Positions 10,579-22,194 of a stretch of 64,000 nucleotides of DNA are shown here, piece after piece. The notes beneath the pieces are model-generated. The model was not told the DNA's origin, made no database searches, and saw only the letters and a list, made by a program, of their open reading frames with translations. Numbering within the stretch: the first letter of the stretch is position 1; each line of letters begins with the position of its first letter. The DNA comes from Amoeboaphelidium occidentale (Eukaryota). Both the position numbers and the translations under genes were made by a program. The DNA lies in assembly GCA_023515795.1 (NCBI GenBank), contig JALGPX010000033.1, positions 1-64,000 of the forward strand. The letters run 5' to 3'.

Positions 10579-10936
10579 TAATAGAAGAATAAGATAATTA
10601 GATCTAAAACATTCTGCAACCGCAAACTTGCATTGTGTCTAGTAAGTGATTGGACTACTCCAAACCCTGGGTGCCACAGACATATTTGTACCGCAATGAC
10701 CACTCGAGATTGGTAAATATAATGTGTCTTGTGGAGCGTTGTATGTGATATTGTGTCAGATGGATTTTGGACCTGAAAAGAATCGTCTTATAAGTGGAAT
10801 GTATGCCATTCTCTGAATCCTTTACAGTTATGTCACACCCATCAGGATAATTTATATATATCATGTGTGTACTCCGTTGGAGACGATGGTAAAATTGATG
10901 TTGCTCTTACTTCTCACTGCAACTTTATTTGTGAAG

Positions 10937-11629
10937 ATGATCGAGACGCCGAAACTTGATCACATTACAAAGCTGGATTTAAAGCACGTGTATGAGCCGT
11001 CAGAGGACACTTTTTTATTGATGGACGCTCTTGAAAAGGATATCACGTTGGATAAATTCTGTCACATTAGTCAGACTCCGATTGTTCTTGAGCTTGGTTC
11101 CGGAAGCGGTTGCGTGTCAGCGTTTGCGAATGAAGTGTTTCTAAAGAATATCAAAAGGACGTGTCTTTCGTTGTGCACGGATATCAATTATCACGCTGCT
11201 TTACTTACAGCGAAAACTGGTCTGAACAATGGCAACGCTTTGAATAGTATCTGCGATAATTTCTGCGACAGTTTATGCCAAAGATTACAGAATTCCGTGG
11301 ATATTCTTATATTTAATCCTCCGTACGTGGAAACTTCTAAGGAAGAATTGCTTAATGCTAAGGATATTGAATTAAGTTGGGCTGGTGGCGAGCGAGGACG
11401 TGAGCCTTTAGATAATTTGATAAAATCCCAAGTACCATCACGAATATTGAGTCAAAATGGTTTCTTTTACATTATTATGGTTAAAAGGAATAGGCCTCAA
11501 GAGTTTTTAGATTTTGTGACGGAGCACGGGCTGGAGGGTGAAATCTTTATAGAGAGAAAGACTGCATTGGAGCATTTATATGTTATTAAACTGAGGAAGC
11601 GCAACCAGCTTGACAATTTATCAGAATAA
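10937..11629 (+). CDS. MTQ2: HemK2/N6AMT1 eRF1 glutamine methyltransferase
   Basis: VYEPSEDTFLLMDALE, LELGSGSG, FNPPYV, SWAGG.RGRE; likely start 10937 (MIETP). Confidence 0.93.
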   Translation: MIETPKLDHITKLDLKHVYEPSEDTFLLMDALEKDITLDKFCHISQTPIVLELGSGSGCVSAFANEVFLKNIKRTCLSLCTDINYHAALLTAKTGLNNGNALNSICDNFCDSLCQRLQNSVDILIFNPPYVETSKEELLNAKDIELSWAGGERGREPLDNLIKSQVPSRILSQNGFFYIIMVKRNRPQEFLDFVTEHGLEGEIFIERKTALEHLYVIKLRKRNQLDNLSE

Positions 11630-11644
11630 CAAAGAGTTTAATTA

Positions 11645-13964
11645 TTACAGACCCATCCTCTCTACAACTTCCAAAAATCCTGATCCAAAATTTAACGATG
11701 AAGTCTCTCCACTATCCAACACGCCGAGACACAATCTCATCTTGTTTAGAGACTCTTCAAAGTACTTCTCGCTACGCTCCAACACTTTTTGGTAAAGATC
11801 AAATGGGGACGACCCTCCAGATTGTATAAAGGGCACAGTTGCATCGACCAACAATGATTTCATAAAACGCTCAGTTTGAACCGAGAACGTTGCACAGACT
11901 CTGAATAAAGTGTGTTGAATGCCTAAAAGAATTAATTATTGCTTGAAGAGATACTAATTAAGTTACCTGCCAACTTCTTGTTGGTGATTAGACATTCTTT
12001 CAAACAATCATCCAAGAACTGATCATGTACAAGTAAAAGCTTATCCAAACTCTTGTCCGAGCTATTAACAGTTGATTTAATGAAATCGTCCTTCTTGTAA
12101 GATAATGGGCCAAATTCACGCCTGTACTCAAAAAGTGTCTTTTCCAACTCAATCCATCCAACTTCCAACCTGTCAGTTATGAAAGCATGCAGACCCTGCA
12201 AAATCGTCGTCATTCTACAACGCAATAACCATGCCTTCTTCATAGTCTTCAGCAGCTCTTTTGTCTTGTTGTCTTTTGTTTTACCTTGAACCAGTTTTCT
12301 GTATCCTGCTTGATGTTCAGTCCATGCAAGTGACAGCAAATGTTCAACGTACTTCAATGTAAACAGCTGTCGAAATATAAGTTGGTACTTCATCATACAC
12401 TTCTTAGATACAACCAGACAAAGTGGAAACTCCAACTCAACTTCAAGACAGAATGCATTCAGACCAGTCAATGAATCTTCGGCTTCATCAACGGCTTCCA
12501 TGGCCTCAAGCAAAGAATCACTGCTATTGTTTGACATGGTTATGATCTTGAACAGCATATCGACCAATGAATACTTGCTCAGTTGCACACTGAACATATC
12601 TTCTACATAAAAATTGAATCCCGCTCCAGGAGCAACAACAGAAGAACTATTCTTCAAGCAATTCTCAAACAGAATCTGAAGCTTTTCTACGTCAATAGTA
12701 TTGACACTTTGACGCAATAAGTCACCCGCCTGATCTAAGAAATTGACCAAGTAGTCGCTTTGAGAACAGAAAAAGTAGTGTTTGATGGTCTTCAATTTGT
12801 AAAACAAATCATTATCGGTGAATAAAACTTTAAGGACCATATTGCTGGCAGAAGAATACTTTTCTTGCAAAATCTTTTGAAACTCAGGCAAAGTGTTGTA
12901 ACTGAATGTAACCGAACCTGTAGAATGAAAGTCAAACAATGTATCCATATGATAAATCCGAAGAATGTTGCAGTACTTTCCTGTCAAGAGAATTTCTTTG
13001 ACGATATCAGTAAGGAAAGCAGGGACAGATTCTTCGGATCGTAAAACCAAACCATTTGTGTACCAATATTCAACCAAAAAGCTTTTCTGAGCAGCAGCGA
13101 CGTTGGAATTTACATTAAGCTTCCTCTTTAAAATGAAAAATTCGTCATAATCATCCCGCAATTCTCCGAACTGAATCCATTCATAGCACATTTTCATTAA
13201 CGGTTTAGACGTTTCATTCAAGAGGAAACGAACAATATTCTGCTGATCTTTCAAACCAATGCAGGCCTTCATTTGATCATTCAAGAAATTTAGTAATTTC
13301 GCTGCATCTGTGTCAATAAGACCCTTCTGAACATTTGCGACCAGCGAGTGAAGAAATGAGACTTTCTTTCCGGTGCTTTGAAGTAAATTGAACAAATTAA
13401 CCAAAAGATTGTCATGACTCTCAAGCGAATTAATTTTGACCTCCAGCTGACCACCAACGAATACGAGATAATCTTCCATGAGCTTTTCGACTGCTGAAAC
13501 GAAAGCTTTTCTAGTTAAAGACNGACCAGCGAGTGAAGAAATGAGACTTTCTTTCCGGTGCTTTGAAGTAAATTGAACAAATTAACCAAAAGATTGTCTG
13601 GACTCTCAAGCGAATTAATTTTTACCTCCAGCTGACCACCAACGAATACGAGATAATCTTCCATGAGCTTTTCGACTGCTGAAACGAAAGCTTTTCTAGT
13701 TAAAGACTTTCCGCTAGCCTTTTCTTTGGCTGCACTATCAAAGTCTTCTTGTGCTCGCTGAATGTAACACTGAATAACTCTGAATTCATTCCCAATTTGA
13801 GAGAACTTGTCCAGAAACGATAGCATGGTTGAGTTTCCGCTAAGATTTGCACTTGGCGCTACTGTAAATCCATTCTGTGATCGATTCATCTTGAAATAAT
13901 CGCCCTCTATGCCTGCCAACATCAGAAGCACATCATTTGCTATCAAATATTCCAGTTGGGTCAT
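11645..13964 (-). CDS. SPC97: Gamma-tubulin complex component GCP2/Spc97 (intron 11923-11966; broken by assembly duplication at 13523)
   Basis: GRIP motifs: DVLLMLAGIEGDYF, WIQFGELRDDYDEFFI, ILLTGKYCNILR, IKHYFF.SQSD, KYQLIFRQLF, HDQFLDDCLKECLIT. Removing one duplicated copy restores a single ORF. Confidence 0.88.
13339..13707. repeat. 184-bp tandem duplication around a single N (probable haplotype overlap artefact)
   Basis: 13339-13522 matches 13524-13707 with 3 mismatches, separated by n at 13523. Confidence 0.9.
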
Positions 13965-14048
13965 ATTGCAAACTGGTCGCAGTATAACAACACACAAAAA
14001 AGCGAAGGAAGAGCTTGTTTGAACGCAAAGGCTCAAAAGCTAAAAGAT

Positions 14049-15883
14049 CTATTTCCAAGAGCAAACATGGCGATCTTTGTCTACGCTGTATAGAAAACTT
14101 CCACCAGATGGGCTCCATGTGACCGCTGTGACAGGATGCTTGTGTTTTGTCAACACCTTTTCCAGCTTACAATCTTTTGCGTTCCAAATAAAAATGTTAC
14201 CGTTCTGGCTTCCAGCTGCAACATACACACCATCAGAGCTAAAGCAGGCCCTGGAAAAGTTGCATGGAACATGGAATGATTCAGTAGTAAATGTTTTAAG
14301 AATAGCATATGTCCTTATGTCAATGATCTTCAGTGTATTGTCTCGTGAACATGTTAAAATTTGGTAAGTATCTGGACACAGAGATACAGAAGTAACTTGG
14401 CCTGCATGTATACCAGACAATTCTCGAATACAATCGCCTGAATTAATGTCCCAGAATCTCACTGAAGAATCAACATGGCCACTAACAATCCCAAAATCAT
14501 CTGTCATGCACAAGTCATTCACGCTGGAATAAGTAAAGAGCGTTCTTGCGCAAGATCCTTTCTGTATATCCCATACTTTGATTGTTCTATCATGGCTTCC
14601 TGATACTATCTTTGTTGAATCGTTTGAAAACCTTGCTGACCATACATTTCCAATATGGCCTGTAAGAGTGTATTTGGGTCGACCAGTTTCAACATTCCAT
14701 ACTTTTACCGAGTGATCATTACTGCATGCAAGTATAGAATCGTCCGTAACAGAAAACTGAATATACATTACAGACTGTAAACAACCAGATAAACTGAACT
14801 TCAAATTACCAGTGCCACTTTCGAAGATTTTGATTTTCTTATCAGAACCACCCGTAGCGAATAATTTACCATCGTAAGACACAGCAACATGGTTAACTTC
14901 AGACTCGTGAGCTGGAACATAGAAAAGAGGTTCTGTCGGTAAAGATGATGGTTTCAAACCTGGTCGAGGCTTATTCGCAGGATCCTGTGCCGGTAGATTC
15001 TGTAAACCTTTAAGTGAGCTTGATGATGCTTCCCGATGAGCTGTTTGTGAAATTGGTGATGCGAATGCTCCACTTAATAGCGAGGTGAAATTGGAAATAG
15101 CGCTTGTTCCAGCCTCGGCTTGTTTCTTTGCTTTTTCCATCATAGACTCATACATTTGATTTGCTGAATTGACTTTCGTTGCATCCTCATTAACTTTTCT
15201 GAGCCACCGTTCAACAAGAACTCGATTTTCCTCCTCAACGCGTTTCATTGTTTCATCCTTCTTGTCTAATTCTAACTTCACTGCGGAGTATTCATCTTGT
15301 AACAACTACAAACCATTACATGAGATCAATTTAAAATCTACCTCAATAGTCTTCTCCTTTTCTTTCACCAGCATTAACAAATCGTCCCTTTTAATGTTTA
15401 ACAATCGCAGCTGTTCCGTAAGTCGTAGAATCGATTCTTCTTTGCGCTCAATCTCCTGATCCTTCTCGTTCAACTTATCCGACAGCGTTAAAAGTCTTTG
15501 GGCATTTGTAGCTTGCGTTTTGTACATTTTAGTTTCCTGTTCTTTCAGCGTATTTACTTGCTCCTCTAATTCATTCAAACGCTTAGATTTTTCCGTATAA
15601 TCACGAGCATTCTTTTGCATGGCCTGAACAGACTCATTTAGAGTGTAGACTTGTCGCTTCAGCTCTGCGACTTGATTTTCCAGTTCAGCATTGCGGTCCT
15701 GATAATACGAACACTTTGAAGTTAAATCATTGTCTTTACAGTCAGCATGAAACTATAAAACTGACTTTGCTCTACAATTTCCGCTAATTCTGCATTTATT
15801 CCGGACTTCCGCTGGTCCAACTGTTTTTGGATTTCCAAATACCACGGCTGCTCCTTGTAGTTTTCATCCAAAAGACTTTCCAT
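14049..15883 (-). CDS. ATG16: ATG16L-type autophagy protein: coiled coil plus C-terminal WD40 propeller (introns 15734-15765, 15306-15341)
   Basis: LQDEY.A..LE...EEENRVLVERWL ATG16 coiled-coil signature, followed by about 7 WD repeats (GH...SGSHDRTIKVWD). Exons join in frame. Confidence 0.88.
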
Positions 15884-15907
15884 CGAATTTATTTGAAATG
15901 AAGAAAA

Positions 15908-16777
15908 TCAATTGGAAGATGAAACTGCCTTTTTCCTCTCAGCGTTCTCTTCACAAATCTTTTCGACTTTTGTGTCGATTTCCGGTAGAAAGTTGTGCGT
16001 GAGCCATGAAACAGTCTGATCCATTCCGGAATCCAAATAAACTGCTCCCACCAGAGCACGGACAGCCTGAGCATTGACAATGTGTTCAAGATCTGCTATT
16101 CTTTCCTTATCATATATCAAGAGATCATTAATCTTGTATTCCTGAGCAATGCTGGACAACAGGACATGATTGCGCATATGACGCTCTCTATACAAAGCGC
16201 TGTCAGGCCAAAGCCTAGGCATAACTTGATAAAGAAATGAAGTGTAAGTAAAATTCAAAAGTGAGTTGCCAATGTACGCCAAACGATCATTCGTCAACAA
16301 GAACATCTTGTGTTTTTTCTTAGGGTGAAGCTCTTGAAGCCTGGGCGTGTAGCTTTTATCCACAACACTCTGTAGAAGTAGGGCCTTAGTGTCAAACTTA
16401 TACTACAAGGAAAAAGGATGTCAATGAAATAGTAGTGAAGAACTTACTTTGATACGATCTTGCAAAGAATACAAAGCATCAAGATACTCTGCAGACAGCT
16501 CCAATGATCTGTACAATAGCGGATTAGGAAGCCATTGTTCATCGACGGTTGGTTTCATTATGAGCTGTGCGTGAGCTTGTGATATCTCATCAGGAATCAC
16601 GTTCTGTTTGTCTGTGGCTGCATCAGATCCTTCCTCAACTTGTCTAAGATTATCGCCCAATAGAAACAACTCCAGAGGCCTTCTCTTATCAATTATATTA
16701 GTTGCACCGGAAATGCTTGAGAATGCGCGGTTTAATAGACGTGTTCCTTCCAGGATTTTGCCCCTGCTTTGCAACAT
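15908..16777 (-). CDS. RNase III-like mitoribosomal protein (mL57/mL44 family; intron 16403-16447)
   Basis: Mitochondrial-type presequence; LLLQSVVDKSY, NDRLAYIGNSLL (degenerate RNase III signature), VRALVGAVYLDSG; no dsRBD. Confidence 0.72.
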
Positions 16778-16799
16778 TTTTCTTTAGAAAATTGTTTTG

Positions 16800-18017
16800 A
16801 TGGATGATCTTAAGTATATCGCGCAGGAATTGTTGGCAAAGTACAGCGGTGAACAGAAAGTAACGAAACCTGTTGTGCCTGTCGCAGCTGCATCTGAAAA
16901 ACAGGACGATGAAAAGAAGGAACGTATTTCTATGAAGGACTACTTACAAAAAAGAAAGGAATTAGACGCTATCATTAATGCGTCGCATCCCAAAGACACT
17001 CCAGACGACGCAGATGATGAAAGCTCTTCGTGCACATCCTCTGATGATTCCGTGAGTGAGAGCGAAAGCGAAGCTTTATCAGAAGAAGGTGAAATGGTTG
17101 CTGAAATTGAGTCTGAAAACGAAGAGGATGTGCCTCGTAGTAAGAATGAATTGGTTGAATTGCCGCCTGTTGAGCCTTTGCCATTTTCTGAAGTTCCGGA
17201 AGTGGTGCGTCTGATCAGAGTTGGTTGTGTGTTTGGGGTCGTTGATGAATTAGTTCTGGTTCAGAGTGATGAAACATACGGAGATAATCAAGCGTTAGAT
17301 ATTGGAAGTATTCTAGTTTTCAAAGATCGTAAAGTATTGGGACAGATTTTTGAAACTTTTGGTCAAGTCACTAGACCATTGTATTCCATTCGGTTCAACT
17401 CAGTTGAAGAGATTGATAAGGAAAGAGCTAAATTGGGTGAACCTATTTTTAGAGCCGATTCTGAGGAGTACAGTAAAGTAGTATTGCCTGCAAAGTTGAA
17501 AGCTTTCAAAGGAACTGATGCCAGCAATATTTATGACGAAGAAATTCCAGAGGAAGAACAAGATTACTCAGACGACGAAAAAGAAAGAGAAGCAAAGTCT
17601 AAGAAAAAGGGCAACAAGGCAAGGAGGGAACCAAGATTTAAACCTGATGTCCCAACACCGCCTGTTACGCCGCAAACAAACAATTCAAACCAAATGGGCT
17701 CAAACATTCAACAACAACACTACGGCTCTTTCCCACAAGGGTATTATCCCCAGCAAATGTATTACCCACAAATGGCCTATCCTGGCTATAATCCTGGTTA
17801 CTTTGCAGCTGGCCAAGGAATGCAGATGCCTCAGTACATGCCTGCTTATCCTAATGTTTACGGGCAACAATTCCAACCACAAGGTTACTTCCCTCCACAG
17901 CAAAATATTCAACAGCCAGTGCAACATTCTCAGACAGCAAATATTGCTTTGGCTGATCAAATGGCACAAGTTAAGAGTCTATTAGATAAGTTAAAATCCA
18001 ATGATGATAAGCAATAG
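16800..18017 (+). CDS. NAF1: H/ACA RNP assembly factor Naf1
   Basis: Gar1/Naf1 domain (LGQIFETFGQV.RPLYSIRFN), GTDASNIYDEE...DYSDDEKE, and a P/Q/Y-rich tail. Confidence 0.93.
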   Translation: MDDLKYIAQELLAKYSGEQKVTKPVVPVAAASEKQDDEKKERISMKDYLQKRKELDAIINASHPKDTPDDADDESSSCTSSDDSVSESESEALSEEGEMVAEIESENEEDVPRSKNELVELPPVEPLPFSEVPEVVRLIRVGCVFGVVDELVLVQSDETYGDNQALDIGSILVFKDRKVLGQIFETFGQVTRPLYSIRFNSVEEIDKERAKLGEPIFRADSEEYSKVVLPAKLKAFKGTDASNIYDEEIPEEEQDYSDDEKEREAKSKKKGNKARREPRFKPDVPTPPVTPQTNNSNQMGSNIQQQHYGSFPQGYYPQQMYYPQMAYPGYNPGYFAAGQGMQMPQYMPAYPNVYGQQFQPQGYFPPQQNIQQPVQHSQTANIALADQMAQVKSLLDKLKSNDDKQ

Positions 18018-18019
18018 AG

Positions 18020-19464
18020 CTAGATTTTATCCCTTTTTCTTAGTCTTGTTCTCAAGGATCTGTTTCTGCTAAAGTTTCTGGCAAAAACAGTTTCATCAAA
18101 GCTATGAATACTGTCTTCGCTGGTGTCAGCGTTTGAGCTTATCTTTCCTTGTAGCACTCTAGCAAGGAGTGTATCTTCACGACCAACAAAATGAATCGCT
18201 TGACCAGTAGAGCCAGCCCTTGCAGTTCTTCCGAGCCTGTGCATAAATGTAGTAACATTTGTAGCAAAGTCGAATTGAACGACTTTTCCTACTCCTCTGA
18301 AATCAAACCCACGAGCTGCAACATCGCCTGTAATCAAGACATCACAAGTTGATGCATCGGCTTCTTTGAGAAACAAAGAAAGAATTTGGTCTCTTTCTTT
18401 CTTCTTAACTCCTGAATGTAGTTTCATTAATCTTACTTTTGCTGCAAGGTTCGGCAAATCTTTGAGCATTGTTGACTGAAACTCGTAAATTTGATCGATA
18501 TCTGCTCGACTATTAGCAAACACTAGCATTTTCTCTCCAGTTGCAGATTCCCTGAGCATATCAAAAAGCTGAGCATTCTTTCCATCTTTTAGGGATTTCT
18601 GCTCCGTTTCTGTGAAGTTTATCCAATGCTGTTCTAATGTAGTAGCCAGATCGTGAGCTTTGGCAGATGTTGCCCATTGAACTTCTGGAAACAAATTCAG
18701 AATCTGCTGTCGCACAGATTTTGGGCCACGCGGTAAAGTCGCAGCAGAAAAGATAAACTGTTTCTCTACTCCACATTGCTTCAATTTCTTTACGAGATCA
18801 AACGGATTCTTCAAATCTTTACTAATCATTGCTTCACCCAATGTCAAATCTACTTCATCGATGATCACTGTAGATGTATTTCCAAAGAGCTCTTTAAGCA
18901 TCGCGTTTATATTCTCCACTGTCTGTATTGTTGTGATCACGATATCTGCTTCTTTTGGCACAATACACGATCCATAATTACTCAAAAGCAATGTAGATTT
19001 AATATCTGTTCCAAAAGAGAGTTCCTCAAGCATTCTATGCGCTTGCACCGCCAATTCATTCGATGGCAGAATAAGTAAAGAATCGATATTTCGTTTCCAC
19101 GAATGAGTCGATAACAGCGAATCGCTAGTCTTCTTCGCTTCCGCGTTTCTTGATGATTTCCTTTCACTAACTTTAGCCACAACTGGAAGTAAATAAGAGA
19201 GAGTCTTTCCAGATCCTGTTTCTGATAACACGATGGCGTTCTGTCCACTTCTAATAATTGGATAAGCCTACAAGAGATCATTAATCACGTTCATGTGTTG
19301 CTTGATCAGCTTACTTTCGCTTGTATTTCCGTAGGAATGAGTATTTTCCTATTGACTAAATTGACCAGAACGCTCGGCGGTAAGTCCATTCCTCGAAATG
19401 ATCGCAGAACTGTGTCGCTTTGCTTTGCGTTCGCGATACTGAGCAACCTTCGAAAATGCAACAT
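18020..19464 (-). CDS. DEAD-box RNA helicase, probably mitochondrial (Mrh4/DDX28-like; intron 19268-19314)
   Basis: Presequence MLHFRRLL, Q motif PTEIQ, ETGSGKT, DEVD, SAAT, ARGFDF, HRLGRTAR. Confidence 0.85.
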
Positions 19465-19736
19465 GATCAACTGAAAAACGAAAGATTATTCAGAAGATCA
19501 GTGAAACCGCGATATCCTGTCGAATTGTTTTACGAGCTGGCATTTGTTGTATGATCTTGTGCTGGTACGAGCCATGGCATTGTGAAGAGAAACTCAAACA
19601 ACACTTCGAGCTAAACAAAAGCTAAGAATTGCATTTCAGAATGCATTTAACAAATGGAACAATGGTATGAACACGCCTCGACGGTAATCGCTAAAAATAG
19701 ATAGATCATATGAATCATAGTAAACAAAGTCAGTTC

Positions 19737-19956
19737 TTATGTACAGTTTATTAATCTAAAGCTCTATGAGCATATGAAAGATTTAAAAAGACGTTTGAAT
19801 GCCGCCTTGAAGCCTTTCTTTATACCCCTCCAAGAGGATNNNNNNNNNNNNNNTTATGTACAGTTTATTAATCTACAGCTCTATGAGCATATGAAAGATT
19901 TAAAAAGACGTTTGAATGCCGCCTTGAAGCCTTTCTTTATACCCCTCCAAGAGGAT
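19737..19956. repeat. 103-bp duplication flanking a 14-N gap (probable assembly artefact)
   Basis: 19737-19839 matches 19854-19956 with one mismatch (19759 a vs 19876 c). Confidence 0.9.
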
Positions 19957-20702
19957 TTTCTTCCATGAGGAGCAGGAGGAGTGGAAGGAGGTTCCAAGAT
20001 GGTTGGAACATTAGGGAGAGCAGTCAAAGTTGTAGATAGGGGAGGCGGTGGAGGAGGATCTTTTGGAGGCATTGAAGCAGCCACAACTTCTTTGATATCC
20101 ATGCTGTTCGAGCGAGCAGAAGAGGCGGCAAAAGAAATCCTTCTTTCTTCGAGATCATCATCTTCCGAAGCGGCGCACGACTCTTCCAACCATTCAGAAT
20201 CTTCATCGATGGGTAAGAAGTCAAACTTTTTAGTTTGAAGTTGCTGATATGGATGGGTAGTGACAACTGGGGCTGGTTTTGTTTCCGGGGACTTGATTAC
20301 CAAATCCCTCTTCAGATCACCCCCGGCGAGGGCTCCCAAGAACTCTTCAATACCCTCCTTCTTTTCCTGTTCTTCTTGTAGCAATGGGTTTTTAAACTCC
20401 CAGAGGTATAGTATCAGCTCTCGGCTGAAACATCCAAATATCGGAGCCAACAATTTTGCCAATTCGTATAGCTTTCTTTTGGCTTCAGGATCATTTTGAC
20501 ATCTGCAACCAAATACAACATCTTTGGAGCAGGAGGAGTAGGCGACAGGAGAGCAGGGCTCACCAAAGAAACAAGGGCAGATCTTGAGCAGGACTTCAAA
20601 CTCCATGCGACAGTCTTGTATGATCTCTTCCTCTGAAGGAAGAGGATCGTAGTCGAGGATTCTTTGCAGAGGGGCTTTTCCTTTAACCTTGTTATAAACC
20701 AT
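19881..20702 (-). CDS. Hypothetical protein (Cys-containing N-terminal half, Pro-rich, basic amphipathic C-terminus)
   Basis: 273-aa ATG ORF with a TATAAATAG box about 45 nt upstream; no family recognised. Confidence 0.65.
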   Translation of the reverse strand: MVYNKVKGKAPLQRILDYDPLPSEEEIIQDCRMEFEVLLKICPCFFGEPCSPVAYSSCSKDVVFGCRCQNDPEAKRKLYELAKLLAPIFGCFSRELILYLWEFKNPLLQEEQEKKEGIEEFLGALAGGDLKRDLVIKSPETKPAPVVTTHPYQQLQTKKFDFLPIDEDSEWLEESCAASEDDDLEERRISFAASSARSNSMDIKEVVAASMPPKDPPPPPPLSTTLTALPNVPTILEPPSTPPAPHGRKSSWRGIKKGFKAAFKRLFKSFICS

Positions 20703-20826
20703 TGTTCGATTTAATGAGAAGAGGAGGATGATGGATGTTGTGGCTATTTATACCACTGGCACAGTCAGCGCCTTGCAATAGAAGCCTTAGAGTATTTCCA
20801 TCTTATAATTAATAATACGCCTTTAT

Positions 20827-21948
20827 TTAACTAAAAGGTGTGCTGTTTAAAACTGAAGACAACTTATTCTGGCACTCTTGTATTGTTTCCCATTGAGTGT
20901 CTACATTTGATGCATCGCTATGCCTTTCTTCCAAGTCCTTGTTTCTCTTGATTTGAGTTAAAGAACATATACCCTGAATACCAGTCCGTATGCATGATAC
21001 TTTAAAGTAAATTTGATGATCCCTTTCGCTGTATCCGGCAGTGCTCAATAACATCACAGGAATAAATTCATAACCAATTCTGACTGAATTTCTACAGGAA
21101 TCATAAATCAGCGGAATAAATTGAGCTACTAGAGGGAATTCTAGCTTTTCATCCAGGAGCACTTCCATCTTGCCCAATAAACATATTTCTGAATTATAAC
21201 AAACAGAACACTTGTTGTTTGCCAGAGTCTCAATGTCGTCAGTTAGTCCGAATTGCTCCGAAAATTGTAGCTTCTCGAGTGGAGCAACGCACTGTTCGAG
21301 TAACGGGCATGCCGGAGGGGGAAGTGGTGGTAAATCATCAAGCATGATTTCAACTGCTGCCTTTCCATTAACAGTTGTGTTTGTTGTAATCTTCAATGAC
21401 TCGAATTTAGATGCTCTCAAGAATGGAGACTTTGTAATACGCTGCTTAAGCATTGAAACTGTTGGACCATCAACATGTTCGACATGATCATCCTTCAATA
21501 CTTCAGAGTCAGAATTTGCATCGGTGAAATAATCAGAGTCCTCTGTCATTTCGGGATCACCTGCATTTGTGTTGGTATCGATGATATCAAAAGATGTCTT
21601 AGAATCTCTTGCCGGTGTCCCTTTAGACCCTTCCATAAACCATTTACCATGCTTCTTTGCAACATCAGCCAAAACAGAGTAAAGTTCATCCCTTGATTTT
21701 TTGCATGCCCATTTAGATATTTCTTGGAATAAAAGATAATCCTGTTGCGAAGGAGGTGAAGGAAGTGGCATATCAGTCGGTGGAAGGAATGGCGGAGGTG
21801 GTGGCGGAGGAGTGTTAACACTTTCGCGTGATAGAGACGAAAAGCTTATTTCTGAGCTGTGGAATGAGTGCCTCGACGAAGGAGTGAAATAGGAGGCAGC
21901 GTCCAGCGAATGTTCAAGAGATGATATCACGGGAATATTCCTTCGCAT
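20827..21948 (-). CDS. Hypothetical proline-rich protein
   Basis: Long ORF, first ATG at 21948; polyproline tracts; no confident family. Confidence 0.65.
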   Translation of the reverse strand: MRRNIPVISSLEHSLDAASYFTPSSRHSFHSSEISFSSLSRESVNTPPPPPPPFLPPTDMPLPSPPSQQDYLLFQEISKWACKKSRDELYSVLADVAKKHGKWFMEGSKGTPARDSKTSFDIIDTNTNAGDPEMTEDSDYFTDANSDSEVLKDDHVEHVDGPTVSMLKQRITKSPFLRASKFESLKITTNTTVNGKAAVEIMLDDLPPLPPPACPLLEQCVAPLEKLQFSEQFGLTDDIETLANNKCSVCYNSEICLLGKMEVLLDEKLEFPLVAQFIPLIYDSCRNSVRIGYEFIPVMLLSTAGYSERDHQIYFKVSCIRTGIQGICSLTQIKRNKDLEERHSDASNVDTQWETIQECQNKLSSVLNSTPFS

Positions 21949-22194
21949 GTGTTTTGAGATCTGAAAGAGAATTGAGCGCGATTTGTCGATCGAAAAGTCT
22001 AATCGAAGCTCGTGCTGCGTTTTAAGTACCAAGGCACCACAGTATTCTTACTTAGCCCTCTTAAACTGATTTTACATCGCTGTATATCGGCTTTAAAGCA
22101 TCATTTGCGGAATTTAAGAAGCTGCTTCAAATACTTCCATATACCGAAATCTTTTTCTGCAACAATCAAAAGGATCTCATAAACTGAAACTCTG

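Noticed and set aside
13339..13707. Split or duplicated GCP2 gene
   Set aside because: The duplication sits exactly at an N and one copy is redundant; this is an assembly overlap.
4055..19464. Mucorales-like sex locus (transporter, transcription factor, RNA helicase)
   Set aside because: The transporter is a SWEET rather than a triose-phosphate transporter, the factors are homeodomain rather than HMG, and the helicase is over 7 kb and five genes away from the nearest homeobox gene.
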